A stretch of DNA of 64,000 bases from Patescibacteria group bacterium (lineage in GTDB: Bacteria > Patescibacteriota > Microgenomatia > Daviesbacterales > UBA10151): the NCBI GenBank assembly GCA_943356485.1, contig CALRFD010000002.1, positions 136,156-200,155 of the forward strand, in the 5' to 3' direction. The translations under genes were made by a program, and so were the position numbers. Position 1 is the first letter of the stretch; the number at the start of each line of letters is the position of its first letter. This document shows positions 8,443 through 18,955 of the stretch, in pieces. The notes beneath the pieces were generated by a model. That model was not told the origin of the DNA. It was given only the letters and a program-made list of their open reading frames with translations, and did not search any database.

Positions 8443-9189
8443 ATGCCCACTTCACAAAAGTTCAGTGTAAACAATCAAAGAGGAGTCATACCTCTTATTG
8501 TAATTTTTATGGCCCTGGTGGTAATTGGTGGAGGTGCGGGTGTCATAGGTGTTAAAAGCGGATTATTAAAACTGGTTGAGGCTCCTTCTAATCCGGGATC
8601 TCCAATTGGACCATATGATCGTTTACCTCCTAAAAATACATCCGCACCTACCCCTCAACCTAATAATAAAGTTTCTTTTAACGGAGATATTCCCAAACCC
8701 TCCCTTAGCCCGCAAATTGCCCAGAAAAAAATAGATAGTAGGTGGCAAGCCTATACCAGCTCTAAATTTGGTTACTCTGTTTCCTATCCATCAGACTGGC
8801 AGCTGCTGGATGGCAATACTGATACTTCCCGCCAAATCATGGTTAAAGATAATATAAACTTAGGTTACGTTGATATTCAGGCATTTTTTGATAAAACTCT
8901 TGGAGAAGCGGGGAAATTACAAGAAGCCATTAATACCCTGGAGCAAAAATTTAGAAGTGATCCAGGTTTGAAAGTTGACAAATTTAAATCATCAGTTGAG
9001 GGCAAGGTAGGCGGATATATTACCACCGGTGAACAGACTATAAACAATGAGCAATATAATTTTGAAAATAGGGGGCTTCTTGGAACTAACGGTAAAGTCT
9101 TACTTTTCCATGGTGCATATAAAAAAACAGCTCCCACAGATTATTTGCAAAAAATTGAAAAAATAATTACCAGTTTTAAAACAGATTAA
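8443..9189 (+). CDS. PsbP-like surface protein with prepilin-like N-terminus
   Basis: QRG|VIPLIV hydrophobic helix, Pro-rich linker, WQAYTSSKFGYSVSYPSDW. Confidence 0.7.
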   Translation: MPTSQKFSVNNQRGVIPLIVIFMALVVIGGGAGVIGVKSGLLKLVEAPSNPGSPIGPYDRLPPKNTSAPTPQPNNKVSFNGDIPKPSLSPQIAQKKIDSRWQAYTSSKFGYSVSYPSDWQLLDGNTDTSRQIMVKDNINLGYVDIQAFFDKTLGEAGKLQEAINTLEQKFRSDPGLKVDKFKSSVEGKVGGYITTGEQTINNEQYNFENRGLLGTNGKVLLFHGAYKKTAPTDYLQKIEKIITSFKTD

Positions 9190-9195
9190 TTTGAA

Positions 9196-9822
9196 ATGTA
9201 TATTTACAACAAAAAACACTTAAACCAGCAAGGCGCTATTCCACCCATGATCCTGGGTGTTATTGGCATACTTGTTATCAGTGGAATTTATTTTGCCAGC
9301 CAAAAACCAAAACCGTCCCAACCTCCCCCTGCTACAGTAAAAACCCAAACCACACCCACACCTGCTCCTGCATGGGAAACATATAAAGACAGTAAATATA
9401 ACTACGAGATAAAATATCCTAAAGACTGGGCTGTAGAAAACTTACCATCCAAAGACAGCAGTTCGATCAGGTTAGCAGATAACCAAAAAACAGCATTTGT
9501 TTTAATTGACTCAATTATTGGTCCCAGTTTAGAAAAAACAGGCGAAAAGGAAAAAGTAATTGACCTTCTGGAAGGAAAACTGAAAACAAATACTCATCTA
9601 AAGATTAACTCGTTCGCCCGGTCTAATGAAACCGGTATAGGCGGATATCTAGCAACAGGTGAAGAAACATATGACAGCAAAACTGTGCTTTTTGAAGAAA
9701 GGTTTATAGTCGCTAAAAACGGCAGGGGGTTACGTATGCATAGTATCTATGCCTCAGATTCAGCAAAAATCAATAAGCCTATTACACAAGAGATCATGGG
9801 AAGTTATAAATCAATTAAGTAA
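9196..9822 (+). CDS. PsbP-like surface protein with prepilin-like N-terminus (paralogue of 8443)
   Basis: QQG|AIPPMIL, P/T linker, WETYKDSKYNYEIKYPKDW, GGYLATGEET. Confidence 0.7.
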   Translation: MYIYNKKHLNQQGAIPPMILGVIGILVISGIYFASQKPKPSQPPPATVKTQTTPTPAPAWETYKDSKYNYEIKYPKDWAVENLPSKDSSSIRLADNQKTAFVLIDSIIGPSLEKTGEKEKVIDLLEGKLKTNTHLKINSFARSNETGIGGYLATGEETYDSKTVLFEERFIVAKNGRGLRMHSIYASDSAKINKPITQEIMGSYKSIK

Positions 9823-9837
9823 GGAGGTGAATAAAAA

Positions 9838-10092
9838 ATGGGAACAATATTAACCTGGGTTTTTAACTTTTTTCTGGGAGTCTTTGGCACAGCCCTTTTG
9901 GCATCCCAAATCTCAACCGGCAGGTCTATTGGTATGGTTGATGGTAACTTGGATATTCATTTAGGTTTACAAAATCTGGGACTGTTGCTTTTTGTAGTAT
10001 TTTTAGTTGTCTACTTTTGGGGAGCAAAAAAAACCTTAGGGAAAACAGTTGGCGGGTTATTAACTGATAAGATACTGGGAAAGAAAAAGTAA
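9838..10092 (+). CDS. small membrane protein (2 TM)
   Basis: strong SD AAGGAGGTGA, hydrophobic, GKTVGG motif reminiscent of RDD proteins. Confidence 0.7.
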   Translation: MGTILTWVFNFFLGVFGTALLASQISTGRSIGMVDGNLDIHLGLQNLGLLLFVVFLVVYFWGAKKTLGKTVGGLLTDKILGKKK

Positions 10093-10131
10093 TGCTTGAC
10101 AACTAATTTAATATGGAGGAATATTATATTA

Positions 10132-10785
10132 ATGCCTAAATCTACTGCTCAACAGGGTATTATTGATCCTAAAATAATTATTGGTGGTGTGATAGCTTTA
10201 GTGGTTATCTTTTTTATTGCCACTGGCAGTTTTAAATTTAGCGCATCAATTAAAAAGCCAGATCAAACTGCTTCCTCAAATGCTACCCAAGAGAGTAGAC
10301 AAACAGAACCAGCACCACAAGCTAAACCAAAAGCTTACCAGAGTGAAAAATATGCATTTAATTTGGAGTACCCTGCAAGCTGGAGTCTAAAAGAAAATCC
10401 CAGTGCCGCATTTGTAGCGGGGTTCTTTTCGCCTGAAGAATCCAACAGCGACGGCTATAGGGAAAATTTACTGGTTAGAGTAGCTGATATTTCAAAGCAA
10501 CCTAAAATGACACTTCAGGAGGCAGCTGACCTTTGGGAAAACGATACAAAGAAAGAAGAGGGCAGCAACTTTAATGTAACAGAGCGAAAATCTTCCAGCC
10601 TGGCAGGAGAAAGCGCTAAAGACATAATATTTGATATCAAGACCAAAGAAGTTGATGGACACGGCATGATTAGAATTATTTTGAAAAATAACAAAGCCTA
10701 TATTTTCCAATTTAATGCCCTGAAAACAACCTATGATAGATACTTATCCGATATAGAAACGATACTTGCTTCTGTTAAATTCTAA
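10132..10785 (+). CDS. PsbP-like surface protein with prepilin-like N-terminus (probable start 10132)
   Basis: QQG|IIDPKII, YQSEKYAFNLEYPASW, C-terminal ILASVKF. Confidence 0.72.
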   Translation: MPKSTAQQGIIDPKIIIGGVIALVVIFFIATGSFKFSASIKKPDQTASSNATQESRQTEPAPQAKPKAYQSEKYAFNLEYPASWSLKENPSAAFVAGFFSPEESNSDGYRENLLVRVADISKQPKMTLQEAADLWENDTKKEEGSNFNVTERKSSSLAGESAKDIIFDIKTKEVDGHGMIRIILKNNKAYIFQFNALKTTYDRYLSDIETILASVKF

Positions 10786-10788
10786 GCT

Positions 10789-11223
10789 GTGTCATATATT
10801 TTTCAAAACCCGCTGATCCTGGTCACTATTTTAACTATTCTACTCTCCCCTTTTATATTAAAACTGGCATCAAATCAAGGTAAAAAAACTAAACACAACC
10901 TAAAATCTTTCTTTATTATCATACTTTCTGCCCAAATTATTTTGGGATATATTGCTGGTGTAAAATTTTTCTTAGCTATATCTTTTTTGCAGGTTATTTT
11001 TTTGATTTCAAATAAATCATTTAATATTCTGGTAGTTATTTTAAATTTTATAAACTCTATTTTAATTTTTGTGGAAATGATTAAGTTAAGCAATAATCTA
11101 GGTTATCAGATTGTCAGCTTACCAGCTATTGCAGCAGTTTTTCTTGTATTGACCGGCAATGTATTAGGACTTGCATACATTAATAAAGATAAAAATTTAC
11201 TGAAAAAATATTTTAAAGCATGA
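10789..11223 (+). CDS. hypothetical membrane protein
   Basis: very hydrophobic 144-aa ORF in the co-directional run. Confidence 0.6.
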   Translation: MSYIFQNPLILVTILTILLSPFILKLASNQGKKTKHNLKSFFIIILSAQIILGYIAGVKFFLAISFLQVIFLISNKSFNILVVILNFINSILIFVEMIKLSNNLGYQIVSLPAIAAVFLVLTGNVLGLAYINKDKNLLKKYFKA

Positions 11224-11522
11224 AAATTATTATTTTAGTCTTTACAGCTTTGATAATTAGCGGATTTTTAATTTACAAAAATATACCTGAAATCGGTTTA
11301 ACCGGTATGAGTAAAAAACAAGCTATAGCAAACGTTAAAAAGCTTCCTGAAGTACAACAATATTTAAAAGATGTACCAAAGGGTAAAGTGGAGGTAGATA
11401 ATGAAGTTGAGGGTCAATACAATGTCCATGTTTATGAAGTTAAAAATGGCCATACCGCCACATTTAATTGGTATAGAGTCAGCATCAAGGATGGCAAGGC
11501 AGAACCACAGTTTACCCAATAA
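11220..11522 (+). CDS. hypothetical exported protein (PepSY-like)
   Basis: signal/TM, KKQAIANVKKLPEV, VHVYE...HTATFNWYRV; ATGA overlap with the upstream gene. Confidence 0.65.
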   Translation: MKIIILVFTALIISGFLIYKNIPEIGLTGMSKKQAIANVKKLPEVQQYLKDVPKGKVEVDNEVEGQYNVHVYEVKNGHTATFNWYRVSIKDGKAEPQFTQ

Positions 11523-11530
11523 AGATTCCA

Positions 11531-11896
11531 ATGCTCCAAAATTCTGAAGAAATAGTAGCGATATATAAAAAAATTATTGACCCGAAATTTAAAGATTGGG
11601 TTATTTTTAGACACGGAACCTGTGTAATTATCTACAAATCTCAGGGTGATTTAAAAAGTGAGGCAATCGAAACACTAAAAAAATATGGCGCTGTTTATCC
11701 TGGTTCATCTTCTGCAGATTTTACTGTGATGAAAGTTGACTCTGGTTGGATAGTAGCAGGAGATCAACCGGGTATTTTAAATTACGTATCAGAAAATGAA
11801 GGTAGCGGAAAAGAAGATTATGAAATCGGCTTGATCGGAAGAAATAAAAAAGAACAGGATAGTAATGAGCTAAAAATATTTTATACTAATTCCTAA
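11531..11896 (+). CDS. hypothetical protein
   Basis: 121-aa ORF with WVIFRHGTCV and GSSSADF motifs. Confidence 0.65.
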   Translation: MLQNSEEIVAIYKKIIDPKFKDWVIFRHGTCVIIYKSQGDLKSEAIETLKKYGAVYPGSSSADFTVMKVDSGWIVAGDQPGILNYVSENEGSGKEDYEIGLIGRNKKEQDSNELKIFYTNS

Positions 11897-11938
11897 TTTA
11901 GCCTAATAGGCATTATTTATACTTTATCACTAAAAGCT

Positions 11939-12208
11939 CTATTTATGGACTTTGTTCCAAACATTAGCAAAAATATAACCTGCCCCATACCCTCCTACAA
12001 AAGTTATTACTACTAATATTCCAGCTTTCATCACATCAAAGCCAGTCACCTGATATGGGTTAGCTAACATATGTATGGAAAAAATAAAGTCCAAAAGGCT
12101 CTGGGCTAAACCTGCTGCTACTAAAACAGACCAAACAAGATGCCATCCACCCAGCAGCACACCCAAAGTTAGCGCCACTTTACTTGAGTTTAATTTCATT
12201 CTATTCAC
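11939..12208 (-). CDS. small membrane protein
   Basis: 2-3 TM, HLVWSVLVA..AQSLLDFIFSIH; SD GGAGGTG. Confidence 0.7.
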   Translation of the reverse strand: MNRMKLNSSKVALTLGVLLGGWHLVWSVLVAAGLAQSLLDFIFSIHMLANPYQVTGFDVMKAGILVVITFVGGYGAGYIFANVWNKVHK

Positions 12209-12280
12209 CTCCTCCCACTTTCAGTATACCATCTTAATCCATTCACTTCTCAAAACTTTTTTGATATAATAATTTTTATT

Positions 12281-12679
12281 ATGAAAAGCAGTCCTGTTGT
12301 CCACTTTGAAATGCCAGCCAAAGACAGAAAAAGAACTTCTGAATTTTACTCCAAAGTTTTCGGTTGGACTATGCAGCAAATGGGGTCGGAAATGGGAAAT
12401 TATTTAATAGCCCAAACAACAGACACAGATCAGCAGGGAATGGTTCAAACTAAAGGCGCCATCAATGGCGGATTTTTTGACTTTAAAGATGAAGACGGTT
12501 TCCGGGTTCCCCATGTAGTTATTTCTGTAGAAGATATAGCCAAAAGCATCGAAGATGTTAAATCCTCCGGCGGCCAGATTAGTGGAGAAATTATGGATAT
12601 TCCGGGAGTGGGAAAATATATCTCATTCAAAGATTCTGAAGATAATATTGTTGGAATGCTTCAGCCAGCCCAGATGTAA
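12281..12679 (+). CDS. VOC/glyoxalase family protein
   Basis: VVHFEMPA, FYSKVFGW, GAINGG, DIPGVG..FKDSEDN. Confidence 0.9.
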   Translation: MKSSPVVHFEMPAKDRKRTSEFYSKVFGWTMQQMGSEMGNYLIAQTTDTDQQGMVQTKGAINGGFFDFKDEDGFRVPHVVISVEDIAKSIEDVKSSGGQISGEIMDIPGVGKYISFKDSEDNIVGMLQPAQM

Positions 12680-12804
12680 GCTATAGAAAAGGCAAATATT
12701 AGAACTTTTGAGGAATATATTCGGCATTAACCGTTAACCAAACTCTCATTATATTCTCGGCAGAATTGCAAAAAATGGCAATGGCTTTAAAATTCTTTTG
12801 AATT

Positions 12805-13040
12805 TTAAAATTTTAACAACTCAAGGGCTTTAAAAACTAAAAGTGCCGGCCAAGCTAGAGCTTTAATAATACCTACAATTGCATCCTGAAAATTAGTTAA
12901 ATGAGGAAGAAAATAAAATAACGCTCCTATTACCCCCAATCCATAAATATGTCCACTGCTGCCTCTATTCCAAGGCTTTGCATATTTCCACCATCTTTTA
13001 TCTCCATTATTGCAGTCACATTCACAATTCTTATCCATAT
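12805..13040 (-). CDS. small membrane protein
   Basis: IYGLGVIGAL..Y, IIKALAWPA; start uncertain (13053 or near 13038). Confidence 0.65.
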
Positions 13041-13276
13041 TATTTTCTTTCAACTGTAATCGTACATTCAGTAACTAAAGCTGCTATCGCTCCTACCGCT
13101 GCTAAAACTGGAGCCAATACTGCTCCCACAACCCCAATAGTTAAAGGAACAACTATTATCTCTTTTCCGCCTTTATCCTTTATGGTAATTTTTCTAATAT
13201 TTCCTTCTTTTATTAACTCTTTAACTTTTTTAAGTAAGTTCTCTCCGTCAACTTTAAAAGATTCTTCTTTTGCCAT
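13040..13276 (-). CDS. DUF4342-like protein
   Basis: KVKELIKEGNIRKITIK, PLTIGVVGA..AP..AA.GAIAAL..ECTITVE. Confidence 0.8.
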   Translation of the reverse strand: MAKEESFKVDGENLLKKVKELIKEGNIRKITIKDKGGKEIIVVPLTIGVVGAVLAPVLAAVGAIAALVTECTITVERK

Positions 13277-13338
13277 ATATTTATCTTCTCTAAATAAATT
13301 TTACACTGGGAATACTCTAAAGCGCAAGCTGTTATTGT

Positions 13339-14799
13339 TCATATTTGCGAAACCCTCTCAAGCAGATCTTCTGACCAAATATCAAAGTAATTTTCAGGTA
13401 ATATCAACGCCCTGCTTGGCTTAAGCTCGGAAATAAAATCTTCTGTGTGGGAAACAATCAGTACTGCCCCTTTGTAATCTTTTAAAACCTGTAAAATAAT
13501 ACTTTGAGACATTACATCTAAATATGTAGTCGGCTCGTCTAATATTAAAAGGTTATAATCCGAAAGCAGCAATAAGGCAATCGATAACCTGGTTTTTTCA
13601 CCTCCGGATAAAGTTCCAATCTCTTGCCCTACCTTACTGGCTGGAAATAAAAACCGAGCCAGTACCGGACGGGCAACCGCTTCAGATACACCTCCTGACT
13701 CCATCGCTGTTTGTAAAAGCGTCTTTCTAAAATCTAAATTTTCAAACTCCTGCGAATAGTAACCTACCTTTAACTGATAGTCTCTTTGTACTTCACCCGT
13801 ATCAGGGCTTAGAAGTCCCATCAATATTTTTATAAAAGTACTTTTCCCAACTCCATTAGGACCAATCAAAGCCACACATTCCCCCCGTTCTATACTTAAA
13901 TTAATACCATCTAAAACTTTTTTATCTCCGTAAGATTTTGAGATATTAACTGCCCGAAGAGGCAGACCACCAACATTAGCCGGATCAGGCAGTTTAAAAT
14001 TTATCGCCCTTACCTCAGGCGGCAAATCCGGCAATTTTTCCTTTAACCGGCTAACCCTTCTTTGCAGGATTACTCTCTGTCTTACTCCGACCTTTTTAGC
14101 GCTTTCTTCCAACCTGCTTATATTCCGCTGCTCTAAAGAAACCTGTTTTTTAAGTAATGCTTCCCTCTCCTCCCTTTGTTCTAGCGCCTCTGTATAATTT
14201 CCTTTGTATTCCTCAATCTTCCCTAAATGGGCATCTACAAATAATATCTTATCAATATGTTTATCTAAAAGTTCCAAATCATGCGAGATTAAAATCAGAG
14301 TTTTTGGATAGTTTGCTAAAAAACCCATTACCCATTTTTTGCCTTCGTAATCTAAAAAATTAGTTGGTTCATCTAAAAGTAAAATATCCGGTTCAGATAA
14401 AAGTGCCCTGGCCAATGCTAACCTGGTTTTTTGTCCTCCGCTTAAAGCAGCTGGGCTATCTTCCAAACTAATATCAGAAAGTTCAACCCCGGAAATCATC
14501 TTATGCAACTCAAAATCATGCTTTGAATGCTCAGGATTAAGATATTCCCGGATTGTATTACAGCCCTCCATAACCGGATCATGCTTCACTTCTTGTGGCA
14601 CAACTCCAACGCTTCCAATAACTTCAATTTTCCCCGCATTTGGAACTTCCATCTTGCAAAGAATTTTAAGTAAGGTACTCTTACCAGCTCCATTTGGCCC
14701 AATTAGACCAACCTTAGCATTATCCATGATTGAAAAACTAACATCATCAAAGATTAAACGCGAGCTATGTGAAAATGATAAGTTCTGTACGGAAATCAT
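13339..14799 (-). CDS. ABC-F family ATPase
   Basis: two ABC domains (GPNGAGKST, LSGGQK, LLDEPTN; GPNGVGKST, LSGGEK), no TM. Confidence 0.92.
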   Translation of the reverse strand: MISVQNLSFSHSSRLIFDDVSFSIMDNAKVGLIGPNGAGKSTLLKILCKMEVPNAGKIEVIGSVGVVPQEVKHDPVMEGCNTIREYLNPEHSKHDFELHKMISGVELSDISLEDSPAALSGGQKTRLALARALLSEPDILLLDEPTNFLDYEGKKWVMGFLANYPKTLILISHDLELLDKHIDKILFVDAHLGKIEEYKGNYTEALEQREEREALLKKQVSLEQRNISRLEESAKKVGVRQRVILQRRVSRLKEKLPDLPPEVRAINFKLPDPANVGGLPLRAVNISKSYGDKKVLDGINLSIERGECVALIGPNGVGKSTFIKILMGLLSPDTGEVQRDYQLKVGYYSQEFENLDFRKTLLQTAMESGGVSEAVARPVLARFLFPASKVGQEIGTLSGGEKTRLSIALLLLSDYNLLILDEPTTYLDVMSQSIILQVLKDYKGAVLIVSHTEDFISELKPSRALILPENYFDIWSEDLLERVSQI

Positions 14800-14901
14800 C
14801 TCTTTATTTTAACAAGCCTGTATTGTACACCTACAAGCACCTCCTCTCCAATCCTTAAACTAACTCTTCATAAAAATAACTAACTAAAGTAGAATATTTT
14901 T

Positions 14902-15288
14902 ATGTATAACAAATTGACCTCTCAGGAAGCAGATATTATTGAAAACAAGGGTACTGAAGCTCCTTTTTCCGGAGAATATGATGATTTTTATGAAGACGGG
15001 GTCTTTATCTGCAAAAAATGCAACACTCCCCTTTTCGGATCAGAGGCTAAGTTTGACGCCGGATGCGGCTGGCCGGCATTTGATGAAGCATATCCTGATG
15101 CCCTTTTACGGATTCCTGATTCTGATGGCAAGAGGACAGAGATCCAATGTGCTAATTGTGGCGCACATTTAGGACACGAATTTGTGGGTGAGCATCTAAG
15201 TGAAAAAAATACCCGACACTGTGTTAACTCTCTGTCAATTAAATTTATTCCAAAAAGTCAAAAAATGCCGGAAGCTTTGAGTGAATGA
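14902..15288 (+). CDS. msrB: methionine-R-sulfoxide reductase
   Basis: GTEAPFSG, CxxC, KFDAGCGWPAF, HLGHEF, RHCVNS. Confidence 0.95.
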   Translation: MYNKLTSQEADIIENKGTEAPFSGEYDDFYEDGVFICKKCNTPLFGSEAKFDAGCGWPAFDEAYPDALLRIPDSDGKRTEIQCANCGAHLGHEFVGEHLSEKNTRHCVNSLSIKFIPKSQKMPEALSE

Positions 15289-15298
15289 AAAATTAATT

Positions 15299-16747
15299 TT
15301 AATAATCTCTTAGCTCTGTTGAATTATCAGTATGCCTTAATTTATTTAAAGCCTTAGCCTCAATCTGTCTAATCCTCTCTCTGGTAACCCCCATTTCTTT
15401 ACCAACCTCTTCCAAAGTTCTTGATTGACCGTCTTCTAAACCAAATCTTAGCTGAAGAACTCTTCTCTCCCTGAAGGTTAATAAGGCTAGCATCTCTTCA
15501 ATCTGCTCTTTCCGATCCGTTATAGCAGTTTCTGGCTCATTCTCGCTTGGTCCGGCAACTGTATCTCCTACTTCTCTATCCTCATCTGTATCACTGGTTA
15601 CATGAGCTTCTAAAGACACCGGCTGTTGGGCATTTATCTTCATAGACAAGGCTTTCGTTACGCTTATTTCCATTTCTGCTGCAACTTCTTCTATAGTTGG
15701 CTCCCGACCATTTACCTGGGTAAGTTGACGGGTCACCTTCGTCATTTTATTTAACGCTTCTACCTGATGAACAGGCATGCGGACAACTCTTGCCTGATCA
15801 GCAATCGCCCTTGTTATAGCTTGTCTAATCCACCAGGTGGCATATGTTGAGAATTTATACCCTTTACGGTATTCAAACTTTTCCGAGGCTTTCATCAAAC
15901 CTATATTTCCCTCATCTATCATATCCAATAAATGAAGACCTCTCCCTATATGTTTTTTGGCTATACTGACTACCAAACGCAAGTTCGCTTCAGTGAGTTG
16001 ATCCTTAGATGACTTGAGCATTGCTTCTTTTTCCTGAAAATAATCATTTATTGCTGCTTCTTTTCCAAGAGCTAAAAGAGCTATATCCTGACCCATCAGC
16101 CAATTAACACCCTGACCGCCACCAACTAACCCTCTTTCTAAAACCTCACCTAAGATATTATTTGCAACAGAAACTTCAAGAAAAATCTGAGCCTGATCAT
16201 CAAATGATCTGTGTGTAAGCCCGGCAATTTTTGTGATCAAATCTGGATCCATCTCAACATTGATTATGTTTTTAACTTGAGGTGTTTCTATAATTTGACC
16301 TATGCTAAATTTATTTTCCGGAATAATTTCATTTGCCAATATCCTAAGATCTGCTTCACCTTCATTTATAATCTTGATCATTTCAGAGATTAAAGCAACT
16401 GGCTTGGATTTACTCTTATCTTCCTTCGTTAATCTTTGTTCCAAGTATGTTAAAAATTCCCCTTCTTCAATCTGTTTGGAAAATCTTCTTTCGTCTGCAG
16501 GTTTAAGCAAATCAATTTTCCCAATTTCATTAAGGTAAGCTCTAACAGGATCATCTAGTGCAATTTGTTCATCGTCCGAAAAATCAGAGAGAGCATCTAC
16601 TTCTTCATTAGCTATGAATTCCGGTTTTACTTCTTCTGAATCTATTTCTCTGCCAAAACTATATTCCTTCATAGTAGAAACCCCTCCGGTTTCCACCGGT
16701 AAAGCTTTATTTATTCCACTACCATTTCTTCTCTCGGGACTTGCCAT
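15299..16747 (-). CDS. RpoD-like sigma70 factor (probable start 16747)
   Basis: [41 protein letters not shown]...TRERIRQIE; TTGACA-17-TACAAT upstream of 16747. Confidence 0.9.
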   Translation of the reverse strand: MASPERRNGSGINKALPVETGGVSTMKEYSFGREIDSEEVKPEFIANEEVDALSDFSDDEQIALDDPVRAYLNEIGKIDLLKPADERRFSKQIEEGEFLTYLEQRLTKEDKSKSKPVALISEMIKIINEGEADLRILANEIIPENKFSIGQIIETPQVKNIINVEMDPDLITKIAGLTHRSFDDQAQIFLEVSVANNILGEVLERGLVGGGQGVNWLMGQDIALLALGKEAAINDYFQEKEAMLKSSKDQLTEANLRLVVSIAKKHIGRGLHLLDMIDEGNIGLMKASEKFEYRKGYKFSTYATWWIRQAITRAIADQARVVRMPVHQVEALNKMTKVTRQLTQVNGREPTIEEVAAEMEISVTKALSMKINAQQPVSLEAHVTSDTDEDREVGDTVAGPSENEPETAITDRKEQIEEMLALLTFRERRVLQLRFGLEDGQSRTLEEVGKEMGVTRERIRQIEAKALNKLRHTDNSTELRDY

Positions 16748-16806
16748 TAAGGCCAGATTGTAAATAATCAAATTGAACTTGTCAACAAAAAGAGTCAGCT
16801 TATAAA

Positions 16807-18255
16807 TTAGAAGTCATTCCAGAGTACCTGATTTGTAACTTCGTGGTGGTATAAAATTTCAGAAGACTTAACTTTAGTCCCTAAAGCTTTAGGAGATTTA
16901 TCTGCTGCCAATTGTTTAAATGAGGAATATTTTTCCTTATTCTGTTCACCTATTATCTGAGTTATAAAATCACTGGCTTTAAAAAGTCTAATTGCATCAT
17001 AGATATTGTCAGGTAAAAATCTTGATCTTTCTCTTTTCTCTGCATCCTTTTCTGACTTCACCCCTTCTATTCCAACCTTTAAGATTGTAAATAAAACTAA
17101 GTATGGATTACTGTCAGGGGCAACTGATCGGATTTCAATCCTGGATGTTTTCTCATTTCCAATCGGAATCCTGATCATTGAACCCCTATCAATAGGTGAA
17201 ACTTTTATCTGATTAGGCGCCTCAAAGTGAGGATCAAGCCTTCTATAGCTGTTTACCGAAGAGTTTAATATTAAACAGATCTCTGAGGCATGATTTAATA
17301 ATTTGTTTATAAACTCCCAGGCTAGATCAGATAAACCGTCCTGACCTTTAGCATCATAAAAAATATTTTTATTTCCTTTGCCGATAGAAAAATTCGTATG
17401 CATACCTGATCCATTTATTCCCATTAATGGCTTTGGCAAAAAAGTTGCAGTCATACCTAGATTTCTTGCAACTTGTCTGCAAACTAATTTATAAAGTTGG
17501 ATATTATCCGATGCTCTAACTGCTTCTGAATATGAAAAATTCATTTCAAATTGGGAAGGGGCAACTTCAGGATGGTCTTTTTCATTTCTAAAACCCATTG
17601 CCCTTTGTGCCTCAGCCGCCTTATCAATAAAGATCCTTAATTTATCCATTGGCAGAGAATGATAATAACCACCAGTGGAGATTAATTTAAACCCATTATT
17701 GGTAATATAATCCTGTTCTGCATTTACTCCATCAACTAAAAATCCTTCAATTTCAGCAGAGGCAAATGCAGTTAAGCCTTTTTTCTTTTTCAAACTCTCA
17801 GAATACAATTTAAGTTGAGACCTGAAATCAGATTCATAAGGAGTTCTGTCTCTGTTTAAAACCGAAGCAAAAAAGATTACTTTTCCGCTTCCAAAAACGT
17901 CTGATGGTAGATATCTTATTGAAGTCCAATCAACATCCAACCTTAAATCAGATTCTGACTGCGCAGAAAAACCCCTGATAGATGAGCCGTCAAAAGTTAA
18001 ATTTGTCAGGGAATCCAAGAAAAACTTTTTATCATAATCAAGCATATGAAACCTACCTTCAATATCGGTAAAACAAAGAGTTACAGCTTTAATTCTTTTT
18101 TCTTTTGTTAAATATGCCCGGTACTCTTTCTCTAATTCTTTTAAATCTAGACTTTCGGATTTTTCTTTAGCTTTAAGGTTTAGCTCTTCAAGTTGATCGT
18201 AGGGTACTTCCAGAAAATTCTTAAGATAGTTATCACTTGAATTATTGTTATTCAT
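16807..18255 (-). CDS. glnA: glutamine synthetase
   Basis: [47 protein letters not shown]. Confidence 0.93.
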   Translation of the reverse strand: MNNNNSSDNYLKNFLEVPYDQLEELNLKAKEKSESLDLKELEKEYRAYLTKEKRIKAVTLCFTDIEGRFHMLDYDKKFFLDSLTNLTFDGSSIRGFSAQSESDLRLDVDWTSIRYLPSDVFGSGKVIFFASVLNRDRTPYESDFRSQLKLYSESLKKKKGLTAFASAEIEGFLVDGVNAEQDYITNNGFKLISTGGYYHSLPMDKLRIFIDKAAEAQRAMGFRNEKDHPEVAPSQFEMNFSYSEAVRASDNIQLYKLVCRQVARNLGMTATFLPKPLMGINGSGMHTNFSIGKGNKNIFYDAKGQDGLSDLAWEFINKLLNHASEICLILNSSVNSYRRLDPHFEAPNQIKVSPIDRGSMIRIPIGNEKTSRIEIRSVAPDSNPYLVLFTILKVGIEGVKSEKDAEKRERSRFLPDNIYDAIRLFKASDFITQIIGEQNKEKYSSFKQLAADKSPKALGTKVKSSEILYHHEVTNQVLWNDF

Positions 18256-18351
18256 TAATAAATTAGTATAATTTATTTAATACTAAGACTAATTTAACAA
18301 TAATTAATTTTGTTGTCAATATAGTAAATTATATTAGGTTAAAAGAATAAC

Positions 18352-18888
18352 CTACTCTTCGCTTGGAGGTGGCGGTAAGAATTCTTCCCCAGCATTACTT
18401 GTTGGCACTTCACCCGGCTTTAACCATCGTATATAGGTACAGCCTGTCGCTAATCTTTTAGCCGAATCCCAACCGGCAGTTGAACATTTCTCCATCTTTT
18501 TGCCGGAGGAAGTTGTAAATAATACTAATTTTTCCCCGCACTGAGGACAATCTATGTCAAGAGGTTCTGATGTTCCATTTATCCACTCAACATAGTCGCA
18601 ACCAGTGGCAGCTTTGGCTTCCTTATCCCAACCTCCAGTAGAACATTTCTTCATCTTTTTACCAAAACGGGTTACCTGTAGAACCAAAGGTGATCCGCAT
18701 TTAGGACATTTTTCATCCAGAGTTTGAGGCTCAGCAGACAACCATTTAACAAAATCGCAACCTTCGTTCTTTCGGGTCTCTTTATTCCAGTATCCTTTTG
18801 AACAACGCTGCAGCTTTTTACCGGTTGGAGTTTCGCTAACCTCAGAAAGAGGCGAACCACACTTGGGACAAATATCAGACGTATCCAT
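18352..18888 (-). CDS. stand-alone topoisomerase-type C4 zinc-ribbon repeat protein
   Basis: three repeats of CPxCG...GKK...CS...W...GC.Y..W. Confidence 0.8.
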   Translation of the reverse strand: MDTSDICPKCGSPLSEVSETPTGKKLQRCSKGYWNKETRKNEGCDFVKWLSAEPQTLDEKCPKCGSPLVLQVTRFGKKMKKCSTGGWDKEAKAATGCDYVEWINGTSEPLDIDCPQCGEKLVLFTTSSGKKMEKCSTAGWDSAKRLATGCTYIRWLKPGEVPTSNAGEEFLPPPPSEE

Positions 18889-18955
18889 GCTTTTTAGAGT
18901 ACCATTTAACTCTTCGTGATTTCAACTATTAGTTTCAAATGGTATCATTGCTACT

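Noticed and set aside
12680-12804. possible orphan gene tails between the VOC gene and the next gene
   Set aside because: Short open frames exist on both strands but match no gene in the window.
14814-14827. 14-nt match AAGCCTGTATTGTA to internal ychF sequence
   Set aside because: Several 14-mer matches are expected by chance in 64 kb of AT-rich DNA, and the match does not extend.
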